Shown in pieces: positions 27,047 through 38,190 of a stretch of DNA of 64,000 nt. Source of the stretch: Eledone cirrhosa. Lineage: Eukaryota. The position numbers and the translations under genes are program-made. How positions within the stretch are numbered: position 1 is the stretch's first letter; each line of letters begins with the position of its first letter. The notes below the pieces were generated by a model. That model made no database searches and was not told where the DNA came from. It saw nothing but the letters and a program-made list of their open reading frames with translations. The stretch spans positions 56,854,001 to 56,918,000 of the forward strand of contig OZ024741.1 of NCBI GenBank assembly GCA_964016885.1. Reading direction: 5' to 3'.

Positions 27047-27680
27047 TCACGAAATAAGAAAGAAATTGCTTATACACATATTTTCCATAAATTCTTGATT
27101 GAAAGCCACCACTGATACTTTGCTCTGTTTTTTTTTTAATTTCCCACCACAAAAGGAGCTGTGACAGACAGGCTGTGCACACGCACACACACGCACACAC
27201 ACACACACATGTGTGTCTTTTTATATATACACTCTCACACGTACACACTCATACTCTCAAAAATAGAATTTTTTTCACAACCCTACTTTTGTCATAGAAT
27301 TTGTTTCTAGCTTACAATTCCCCTCTTCGCCACCCCCATCTGAACTCTTGACCAGTCCATTAACTCAATTGAGATACACACACATATTTACAGAATACCT
27401 CCCTCTCCCTAAAAACAAGTTTGTTCTGTGTGATAAAACACAACTACCACCACTGCTACTGCTACTACCATGACTTCACCTCTCTCTATTTCATTTTTCC
27501 AGTCTCCTCAACAAGGAAGATGAAAAAAAACTTGCCTCGACACTTAATTCTAAATCTTTAATTTTTAGTTTTTAATTCTTATTAATTCTTTTTAATTGTA
27601 ATACTCAACATTTGATGAGATGAATTTTACTAATGCATCCAAACCGATTATACTTTATATACTTTATATACATTATAAAA

Positions 27681-27872
27681 AGGGCGGTGAATTGGCAGTA
27701 TCGGTAGAGGGTTGGAAGCCATGCTTTGACGCATAGAGTTACGGCCCTTGCCATTCTGAGTTCAAATCCCGCCGAGGTTAACTTTGCCTTTCATCCTTAC
27801 GGGGTCGATAAAATAAAGTACCAGTAATGTACTGGTTAATTGCTGGCCTTGTGCCAAAAGTAGAAACAATTA
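27681..27872 (+). mobile_element. Full-length SINE family A
   Basis: Near-identical to 61471-61660; flanked by ttataaaa. Confidence 0.9.
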
Positions 27873-28092
27873 TAAAACTCTTTTTTTAAAGAATTGTCCC
27901 CCGCATTTTTTCAATGATGTCACTTTGACGAATCAAAGAAAAGAAAAAAGAAAGAAAAACAGACCCTTAAATATATTTTCCGTGCTATTTCCAATTTCAC
28001 ATTTTCTCTGTCTCCATATATATATATATATATACATACATATACATACATTCATGCATATATATACATACATACATACATACATATATATA

Positions 28093-29382
28093 TGACCCCA
28101 AGCACACGAACACACACACCCACTTACACCACCCACTCCACACGCAACTAACATCACTAACACCCCCAACCCTACGCACACGAACACACACCCTCTTACA
28201 CCACCCACTCTACACACCCTACCACCACTGACCCCCACTCACACCCGCATTCAACCCTTTCTCCACCTCCAGTATACTAACACCCACTAACACCCCCTTC
28301 ACCACACACACACACACCAGTACACTACACTCCCTCCATTGACCCCCACACCCTTTTCTCCCCGCTCCACCCACATCCTTTCTCAAACACTCACACATCC
28401 CACTAACACCTCTACTAATACACACACAACCCCCTCCCCACTCCAACTTTCACACCTACCCATCCTCTCTCCTGTCCACCGCACCTCCGCACACACTGAC
28501 ACACCGACTTTCTTCACTTACCATTCTACCCTACTGCTGCTATGCCTCTCTGACCACCTCCCCGCACACACAGACACACAACCCTCCTCCTGCCTTGACC
28601 CTCTGACCACTTCCTGTTGCGCGCGCACCCCACATCTCCCCTCTTCCGACCAATCTCTTCACGGATTACACATATGTGAACCTTGATCCCGAGAATCTAC
28701 CGCATCCCAAGGATTTTACTCAGCATTCCACCACATCTTTTTACGGAATTAGCTTTACGACTTACCCCAGACATACAACCAAAAAAAAATGTTTTCCCAC
28801 ACGCCACCTACATCCACAACACGCATAAACACCACACACACACGTGCGTACCACCACATATTTACACATTCAGCCTCCGGAATCCTCTCCCCCACCCCTC
28901 TATCCACACACGCATACACACTCCGACCTACACCCCACCCCACACACACCTCTTCCTGAACATGCAACCCCGTTCTTCCCCAACCCTTGCTTTCACATAC
29001 ACACACACACACACGTACACCTACACACACACACCACCTTCAGCCCTCCCCGCTCGGACACCCCGTCTCCCTCTCCCCACTCCACCCGCCACCACCCCTA
29101 CACGCCCCACACCCTTCCACCACCTGTTTTACCCCATTTTAATTTTATTTTGATCATGCCTTTATTTTTAATTTCATTTGCACCGTTTCCTCTCACCCCC
29201 TTTTTGCTATATGTCTCTCCACCACTCCCTACACACCCTTTGAAATCTCTTCCCACACATTTTTCACCTGAAGAAGGGCTTATGCCCGAAACGTCGTTCC
29301 CCACCCCCACCCCACTCTCAAGAGCGTGAAATTAATAAATCTTTGTTCGTACTGCCTCTCTGTTTTGTTCCTGTTCAATTTT

Positions 29383-29388
<6 letters not shown>
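28093..29388 (+). mobile_element. Solo 3' pLTR of the PLE family at 1-2326
   Basis: Reverse complement of 1-770; ends with HHR, aataaa and terminus at (TA)n. Confidence 0.9.
29264..29298 (+). ncRNA. Minimal hammerhead ribozyme (weak stem I)
   Basis: AC CUGAAGA aGGGC-UUAU-GCCC GAAACGUC^GU. Confidence 0.8.
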
Positions 29389-29431
<43 letters not shown>

Positions 29432-29451
29432 GTATAAATGTGTGTGTGTGT

Positions 29452-29917
29452 GTGTAATGTAAGTTTTTCGAATATTAATAATTATATTCGATTCATTGGC
29501 AATTACGCAAACACCCTCTTTTAAGCCATGTCAGTAGAATGACATCGTCGTTCTTGCTCTTGTGTTGGCATGTAAACAGAACTGCAGACACTAATGTTTC
29601 TGGGTGGTTACCCTTCATCAGTACAGTTTACTGCTTACCTGCCAACTGTTTTAGAAAATATATATTTTCACTAGCTCTGACAGTTGGCTGGTAAGCAATA
29701 TACTGTACAGATGAAGGGTAATAACCCAGAAACATTAGTGCCTGCAGTTCCTTTTACATGCCAACAGAAGTGCAAGAATGACGAGGTCATTTTACTGACA
29801 TGGCTTAAAAGAGGCTGTTTGTATAATTGCAAAAAAATCTAATATTATTATTAATAATCGAAAAACTCAGATTACATTTATTGTATTCAGCCATGTATAG
29901 CGATAAACTATTTGTTG
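29452..29917. repeat. Older inverted pLTR pair (~200-bp diverged arms)
   Basis: ctcttttaagccatgtcagta / tactgacatggcttaaaagag and further matching blocks. Confidence 0.85.
29581..29627 (-). ncRNA. Type I hammerhead ribozyme (plus-strand twin 29702-29748 is mutated)
   Basis: ACUGUA CUGAUGA aGGGU-AACC-ACCCa GAAACAUUAGUGUC^UGCAGU. Confidence 0.85.
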
Positions 29918-29955
29918 TATGTATGTATGTATGTATGTATGTATGTATGTATGTA

Positions 29956-30027
<72 letters not shown>

Positions 30028-30030
30028 TGC

Positions 30031-30071
<41 letters not shown>

Positions 30072-30083
30072 TGCGTGTGTGTG

Positions 30084-30483
30084 TAGAAGAGATATTTAAT
30101 TTGTTGGAAATCCAACAAATCTAGATGTTTACAACTGATTCAGAGCACTCGACAGATTTCTGGAGTAAGTATTCAATGATATTAAATAAATGGAAACTAT
30201 ATTTATAAAACCATATTTATTCTATTATATATATTTCAAGGGTACCAAAAATTTTGGTACGCTATCATCAGATAAAATACAAAATGTTTTATAAATATTT
30301 GACATAACCAAGGATAATATACCTTAACGGTTCAAGATATTATCCTTGGTTATGTCAAATATATAGAAAACATTTTGTATTTTTTCTGATGATAGCGTAC
30401 CAAAATTTTTGGTACCCTTGAAATATATATAATAGAATAAATATGGTTTTATAAATATAGTTTCCATTTATTTAATATCATTG
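30084..30483. mobile_element. Inverted pLTR pair with left tail
   Basis: Arms ~30175-30319 and ~30338-30483; same family as 8650-9025. Confidence 0.9.
30218..30279 (-). ncRNA. Type I hammerhead ribozyme (twin at 30378-30439, plus strand)
   Basis: UAUUUUAU CUGAUGA uAGcGUACCAAAA-U-UUUUGGUACcCUu GAAA UAUAUA UA^AUAGAAUA. Confidence 0.85.
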
Positions 30484-30597
<114 letters not shown>

Positions 30598-30720
30598 CGG
30601 CTGGAAGTAGTCATTTGCATATCGTCCAAGCTTATCTTTTTTTGACGGTTGCACTAAAACAGCGTTTAAGCATAATAGATGTGTATGTGAAGACATATAT
30701 AAACATATATAATATGTTTA

Positions 30721-31358
30721 TCTATATATATAAAACTGAGGATGTCTGTCTGTGTGTGTGAGTTTGAATCCCTAAAACTCGAGAAGCACCCAATCGACGA
30801 TTTTCAAACTTTACACATGTTTCAGGGAGTGTTCTGAGCAAAAGAAAATTCAAATGCCCTAGGGACCGCATTAGGCGATTTAGCGATCTCTCTCTATAAT
30901 TTTTAGTCTTTCTCTTTTTAGATAGATACATACATATAACGTCGCACCCTTATAATATCTGTATGTCTGGCTGTCTGCATTACGTCAATTCCCTGAGGAT
31001 GACTGTCTGTGTGTGTGTGTGTCTGTGAGTTTGAATCCCTAAAACTCGAGAAGTACGCAACCGATATTTTTCAAACTTTACATGTGTATTACTTATCTTT
31101 CAGGGAGTGTTATGCACATAAAACATTTGATCTTGCTAGGGCATTAGGGGAAAAACTGCGTTCTTTTAAGCTTTTTAGAGGGTTTTTTTAGGCATTACGT
31201 CAGACCGATTTCCTTGAAATTGTAACTATGTATTAGTCAGTCTCTTCTTCATACCGTGAGCAAACAAAATCCAACTTTTTTATGGCCTTAGGTGAAAAAC
31301 TTCATTTTTTCAGCTTTTTAGGGCTTTTTGGAGGCGTTACGTCTAGCCGATTTTCAGT
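30721..31358 (+). mobile_element. Non-autonomous Helitron 5' part with internal re-duplication of its 5' end at ~30993
   Basis: A|TCtatatatataaaactgaggatgtctgtctg; homologous to 15320-15597; no 3' CTAG found. Confidence 0.7.
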
Positions 31359-31360
31359 CT

Positions 31361-31596
31361 ATAGGGCGGTGGAACCATTTCTGAATTGGGTGAGGGGGGG
31401 GGGGGACAATTTAGTTGTAGTGATTAGTTTAGCGCTTTGCACTCTAAAATGGCCAGAAAACTTTGATACGCGATAAACATAACATGTAGATAAATTGTAG
31501 CGCATGTCGAAATAGATGTATGTTTTGGTAGTTTGGGGAGAAAATATAATTATTGGAGGGGGGGGCATGTCCTCCCCACTAGTTCCACTGCTACTG
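31361..31596. mobile_element. Degenerate TIR element (hAT-like MITE); related fragment at 42100-42232
   Basis: tagggcggtggaac / gttccactgctactg termini; internal gttttggtagtttgggg..aaatataattat shared with 42150. Confidence 0.5.
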
Positions 31597-31741
31597 TATA
31601 TATATAATTTTTTTTTAAATTATGCTCTCTGTGCCCTTTCCTATGGGGTTAATATATCGAGCTTCTTCGCATTTGGTAAGAAACTGGTATTACACTTAAT
31701 TTATTCATCTCCTGTGTATATATATATACACACACACATAT

Positions 31742-31806
<65 letters not shown>

Positions 31807-31950
31807 AAAGGTAAACAGAAATAACAACACAAAATACCATTCTTTCATCTGATACAACACAATAAAGACTAAAGCGTTTAAAAAAAAAAAAATCGGTACA
31901 GTATATGGAAGGTATATATTAGGTTAACGCTTGATAGAGCAGGAAGAGGG

Positions 31951-31986
31951 TCTTAACGTTTCGGACGCTAGTCCTTCATCAGAAGA
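31951..31986 (-). ncRNA. Minimal (dimer-type) hammerhead ribozyme
   Basis: UCUU CUGAUGA aGGAC-UAGC-GUCC GAAACGUU^AAGA. Confidence 0.88.
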
Positions 31987-32431
31987 AAGAATGAGAAATA
32001 AAATAGATTGACGGCGGGATGGAATTAGAAAAAATGTCTTTAGATAAAAATAACAGATCCATTCATGTTGACATCTCTTTCAAAACTATTGGTGCTGGCG
32101 TTTTGTGTATGATTTATTTTTTTTAGAAAAGTGGATAATGGAGCGCATCTACCTGAAATGGAAAAAAAAACCGTTTTGTAAAAAGAGCTATACTTGAACA
32201 TGTGCGTAAGCATGAGTTTGTATATGTGTGTGCGTTATTATAGGTCCGTACGAAGCTAAGAAGAAATGTGTGTGTATATGTGAGTAAAAGAGTGTGTGCA
32301 TGTAAGTACGAAGCTATGAGCAAAAGTATGTTAATATAAGGGTGTGTGTCGGCATGTATTAGTAGTATGAGAAGCTGCTAATGATCAAGAGAAAGCGATA
32401 GGAATCTAGGGGTGTGATAATGAACGGGGTT

Positions 32432-35277
32432 TTAGAGAAAGTGAGGAGGTGAGTTGAGTCCAAGAGGGGAATAGGACCCAAGACGGTGAATCAGACTTTG
32501 TTCAGTCCTGGTGCGCGAGGCCTGTGATCCATGATGTAAAAGGACACCCAGGACTGACACATGTAGGGAAGAATGACCAGGAGAACAGAATGACGGGCGA
32601 CAGGAGTATCCAAACCGAGGCGTATGTCGCTCAAGTGATCGGCAAAACGGTCCGCCATACGGCGTCCCGTTTGTCCGATATATAAAGACTCGCAAAGGGA
32701 ACACCGGAGGGCTTAGGCAACGTGGATGGATGTGCAGGTGAAGGAATGGCGGATACGGAAAGACCCGTTAGAGCCTGTAAGAGTGGTGAGGATGGAAATA
32801 AAGGGACAAGTGTTGCAGCGGGAACGGGAACAATGATGAGAGCCGGGTGGAGTCGTGGGAGAGGACGAAAAAGAACTGCGAACCAGGAGGTCGCGTAGGT
32901 TTCGGGCGCGCTTAACTGCAGTAATGGATGGGCTTGGAAAAAGCGAGAAGTGACGGGGTCAGAAGAGAGGATACGGAAGGAACGGAGGATATGTCGCCGA
33001 AGTGGTAGGGTGATGGGGTGGTAGGTGAAAGGGAAAGGAACACGGGTGTTGGGAGGGTGGGGGTGAGGTGAGAGGGCTGTGGTGCGGTCTGTTTCACGGG
33101 CGGGGGTGGGAGCAGCTTGGATCAATGTGGGGGGATATCCACGCTTGAAGAAGCGGGAAGCCATGCGAAGGGAATGGGTTTCGAAATCGTCGTCCTGGCT
33201 ACAGAGTCGACGAAGACGGAGGAATTGGGAATAGGCTATGGAGTGTTTGGTGTGGGTTGGATGGGAGGAGGTGAAGTCGAGATAAGATTGGGAGTCTGTT
33301 GGTTTAATGTAGATGGAAGTAGAGAGGGTGTGGTGATAGTGATTAATAGATAGAAAGATATCTAGAAAAGCGACCGAATAATCGGAGACGGAGGCGGTGA
33401 AATTAAGAGCAGTATGGAAAGATTGGACAAAAGAAAGAAAACAGTCGAGCCGTTCTCGTGATAGAGAGGTGGCGCCGATACAGTCGTCGATATAACGACC
33501 GTATAGCTCAGGAGTAGGTCCAGCGTACTGGGAGAAGATATGGGCTTCGACGTAGCCAACAAATAACTTGGGATAGTTTGGACCGATTTTGGTTCCCATC
33601 GCCATCCCAGAGACCTGCTGGTAAAATTCACCCGAAAAAGAAAATCCATTAAGGGTGAGAACAAGCTCAGGCAGACGGAGAATAGTGGTAGTGCTGGGAT
33701 AAGAGATAGGGCGTAAATCTAAAAAATGCTGGAGAGCGCGGAAGCCGACATCCCTCATGATGACGGCATAGAGAGAAGTGATGTCCAGGGTAAAGAGAAG
33801 GTGGGAGGGACTAGGAAGGAAGGAGAAAGAGTTGAAAAGTCTAAGGGCATGATTTGTATCGTGGATGTGGGAGGGGAGATTGCCGACCAACGGGGCGAGG
33901 ATGGTGTCTAAATATTCAGAAATTATCTCGGACGGCCAGGATTATTTTGTTTGCGTATTTTGGGGAGGAAGTAGATGGTGGGTGTGCGAGGGGTGCGTAC
34001 AATAAGGTTGGTGGCTGTGGGGGAGTAGGTGAGAGGATGAGATGAGGTCGTGGATGGTGGAGGACACGAGTTGTTGGTAGCCAGGAATGAGGTCGGGGAT
34101 AAAGGGCGGTAAAAGGAGGCATTGTGAAGCTGGCGGAGAGCCTCAGCCCTATAGAGGTCAGCGCTCCAAACCACCACAGCGCCACCTTTGTCAGCGGGTT
34201 TGATGACAATGTCATCGCGACATCGAAGGTTGCGAAGAGCGGAGAGCTCAGTTCGCGTGATGTTAGAGCGACGAGAATGTTGGTGGAAACGGAACCGATT
34301 GACAGTACGCCGGCAAGTATCGACAAAGGAGTCGAGGGTGCTGAACTGGCCAGAGCTCGGCATCCAATGTGATTGCCGGCGACTGAGACGAGTGAAGTCA
34401 TCCGTCTGTGTTGATGATAGCATGTCGTGAAAAAAAGCTTTCAGCTTTAATCGACGGAAGAACCCTTCAATCTCGGCACGTGTACGGAACTCGTAGATGC
34501 GGTTGGTATAAAACGCAAACCACGGGCGAGGAGGGAGCGCTGAGCTTCGGAGAGTGGTAGGTCCTGGGGTATGGGGACTACCGTGCAGGGACGTGAGGGA
34601 GTGAAAGAGGCGGAAGCGAAGAGGTCAAGGTGGTTGGGCAAGGCGTGTGCAGATTCAGTGGTAGGTGACGGGATAGAGGGCTTAGGGTTGGAGGTGATAT
34701 GAGTATGGGTGGTGTCGGCAGGCGAGAGCGGAGAGAGTCGAGTTTATGGCTTTTTGCGGAAGTGAGGAAATTGAAAAGGAGGCGATTGGGGTAAAGGATG
34801 AATTGGATAAGGGATTGGGCGAGGAAAGGGTGGCAAGTGGAGGAGAGATGGGTGTAGGCCTTGGGGAGATCACGGTCGAGATCGGATTTGGACGAGAGTT
34901 GATCGAATGGTCGCCCGCATGAGCTGGCGAGAGGAGCGGGTAAGGATGGGCTCAGTAGTGGGAGCAGAGTAAGAGGTGGGGTGAAACTTGAGGCAGAAAC
35001 CGCGGGGAATGAAGTGATGTTGGAGACAGCGACTTAAAAATGCGATGTGACTGTTGTATCGTGTTTTGGTGAATATGAGGTTGGAGAGATGCAGGGAGGA
35101 TTGTATGTATATAGGGGGGAGAGGTTGGAGGAAGCGCTTGAGAGTAGAATGGAGCTGGCGGAGAAAAGATTTGAGATTGGGAATATTGAAGGTACTAGGG
35201 TGGGAGTGAAAAATAGATGGCTGAGAAGAATGTAGTAGAGGAAAAGTGGCAGAGAGTCGTGGAATATTTAAATGCAA
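32432..35277 (-). pseudogene. PLE polyprotein (RT + GIY-YIG), frameshifted
   Basis: SHIAFLSRCL, LLARGLRFIPT, DDIVIKPADKGGAVVVW, LDITSLY, GMAMGTKIGP, RYIDD, CSRSRCNTC, YIGQTGRR. Confidence 0.92.
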
Positions 35278-35849
35278 GAAGCAAAAACAATTTCAAAGAA
35301 ACGAAAGATTTCCTGGTGGAAGTTCAGGTGTACTCCGGGTTGGTATCCAGTTTCGAGGTGAAAGTCCAATCAGAAAATCCAACGAATAAAGTTTCACCTG
35401 TGTACTCACAAGATCACCAGTCTTGTCTGGTGAGTGCGCAGGTGAGACTTCAGAGTAACAAGGCTTAGCCATAATAAATGAGTATTTAAACTCTACTTCG
35501 GTATTGAGTTTTCATTCTTAGGTCCGTCAATAATTCACGTACTCTCAGATCTTGAATAATCGACCCCACTACCCGTTTATTAATTTGTCAGATTTTTCCA
35601 CCCCCGCCCGCTTATTAAATTTCGCTAATCTCCGGCGAAATTTTATAAGTTATTCATATGGATACAGCAGCTAGAGAATCTAATAATAATTTTATTTTAC
35701 ATTAAAAAATCATTATATATGACAAAAGAAGAACATTACAGGAAATCACATATTTACGAACGTACACTAAACAATTCATGATTTCCCAAGACCTCCACGC
35801 CATTATTGCCACCCTCGTATTATTTGTAAGCGGAGAGTGCCACCAAGCT

Positions 35850-36190
35850 TTCCTCCTCTCTATATCTATCACACAAAACTCTCTTTTAATCCCCCTCTCT
35901 GTATCTACTAAAACCAAACTCTACCCCTCTCTATATCTACCACGACACCGCCTCTTTTATCCCACTCTCTATATCTAAGATTAATACATTCTCTCACTCT
36001 CTATAAATATCTACACTTGTCTCTCCCAATCCCCCTCTGTATACCAATCACCGCTAAACTCCCCCCTCTGTATCTACTACGCGGCACTCTCTCATTATCC
36101 CTCTCTGTATATCTAGAATCACCAAATTCTCCCCCTCTATATCTAATACACGTAACTCTCTCCCAATACCCCTCTCTATATCAATTACCA
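35850..36190. repeat. Degenerate ~30-35-bp tandem array (ccctctctatatcta...) that resumes at 41870-42100
   Basis: Recurring ctct(c/g)tatatcta units on both sides of the Tx1 element. Confidence 0.75.
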
Positions 36191-36388
36191 CTTGATATAG
36201 ACGTGATTTACTTTGCTCCGGATTTTTGCGGATTGTTGTAAAAAAGAACTGTGAGTTTATTGATCAATTTAATAACATTGTTTGGTTTAGCCCCTTGCCT
36301 TGGCCGTCAGACGTTAAGTCAACAAATTTTCGCCCCTTTCTGGGGCGAAATTTTCAATTTTCATCTAAAAACTGTAGACTTGGTGGCA

Positions 36389-38148
36389 ATGGATGCCATT
36401 TCCACCTCGCACACTGTCGTGAGTGCCACGCCCACTAAGAAAAGTGGTGGAGGGAAGATAGGAGTACAAAGCTTGCAGCCGTCCCCCCTCGCATCATCGA
36501 AAAATGTGGAAAATATCGACAACGCGAAACCAAATCCGGCAAATAATACCAGCACCAACAACAAGAACAATGACAACAACACCACAACCAACAACTGCAA
36601 CAATAGCAACACCAATATTACCAACAGTGACAGTAACACGAAAGACAACAACACCAAAACAACATTTGCACAGACCGTAAAAAAAACGAACTATACACGC
36701 CAATAGACATAACAAATGCTAAACAACTATTACAAGACGCAAAACAATTCGTGACTTTTAACGAAAACGGTGCTTTTAGCATCAATTCTCCACAGGAATT
36801 ACGTAGAGAGGCTGTTCTGAAAACTGTGGTTTTCAGAACAATATCGAACGTAACAAGAAAACCAGCTCAATTATCACAAAATGAAATTGAGATGGTTCTA
36901 AAAGACGCAATGAAGGACTTAACCTTCATACAAAAAGGTAAACTGTTTGGTAGCATTTCGGTGCTGATGAACAACCAGTCAACAGCTCAAAAGTACTCGA
37001 TAGCACCCATTGTGTCCCCCCACTTCACCTTTTACCCCACATACAGGGGAAAAAGGACACAAAGAATAAAAATAATGAGTATCACACCAAATGTAAACAT
37101 TTGGTGGATACTATGTGGAATAATAAACTTTGACGAAGACAAGATAATTTCAATAGGAAAGTCCTCCGGAGGTGTATTTGGTGGGACCACCGTAGAAGTT
37201 CTGGTGCAAATGAGCCCAGAACGAATAGCGAATATCCCACAACGCGTGCCTCTGGACGGGCTAACTTATATAAACATTTCAGTGGAGGGAAGGCGGCCGT
37301 CATGTTACCACTGCTTAAGCAGGGGTCACCTGAGGGCTGCCTGTCCTCAATTAACGAGTCAAAAAAAAAAAGGCTCTTCTGCCAACCCTGAACACAACAA
37401 CACAACCACCACCACAACAACACGGAAAAATAACAACACAAAACACTGTTCCACCCAACCCCTCCCCACCTAAAACAAATACAAAAGCAACCACAACAAA
37501 ACCCCAAAATATACCCCTCCCCAACAACACGGAAGAGGACTCCGTATCAACGTCACCCAGTGACGACGAGGGAGAACCCTTTCAACAGGTGAAAAGAAAA
37601 AAAAAAAGGCACCACATTAACAAAAATGCCACAAACACACAACCACCAGCACAAACAGAACAAACATCACAAATAAAAAAACCACCCCTCCCCAAAACAT
37701 AACACGTACTATAAAACGCAAACACCCGCAAGAACAACAAACAAAAACAAACACAACACAACAAAAACTCTATACATACATTAACAAGAACAATAAAACG
37801 TTGATGAAAGCGATAGAAAATAACCCTTCGGTGGAAACCGAAGGGATCACGTTCACCTACGCAGCGAACAAACCGCACCTAATGATGATTAGGGTCCCAA
37901 CGGAAACCTATGTAACTTTGAAAAAGAACCATCCAATGCATGTGGGGACCAACTGCACCAAACCACATAACAGCGTCCTATTGAGATGTTTCCCCACCCC
38001 CACACCAGACACCCACACCCCACCAAACACCCTAATCCCACCACACACTGATATCCTCACCCCACCACAAACCACCACCCCACCAAACAACCCGTCCAAC
38101 ACCCCCATGGAAATTGTGCAGCCTGGTCCCCAGGAGACGAAGAGGTAA
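36389..38148 (+). pseudogene. ORF1 (zinc-knuckle nucleic-acid chaperone), broken by frameshifts near A runs
   Basis: Pieces 36389-36706, 36751-37473 (VEGRRPSCYHCLSRGHLRAAC) and 37801-38148. Confidence 0.8.
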
Positions 38149-38190
38149 GTAATTTCCTTTCCTCTTCCTTTTTACCTCTTCAGCACCAAC

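Larger units (their letters stand above)
31803..35500 (-). mobile_element. Near full-length Neptune-type PLE
   Basis: N-terminal domain, RT, zinc linker, GIY-YIG and HHR-bearing 3' pLTR ending at (TA)n. Confidence 0.92.

Noticed and set aside
35850-36190. Repeat-spacer (CRISPR-like) appearance of the ctctctatatcta array
   Set aside because: Degenerate eukaryotic minisatellite with related spacers and no cas genes.
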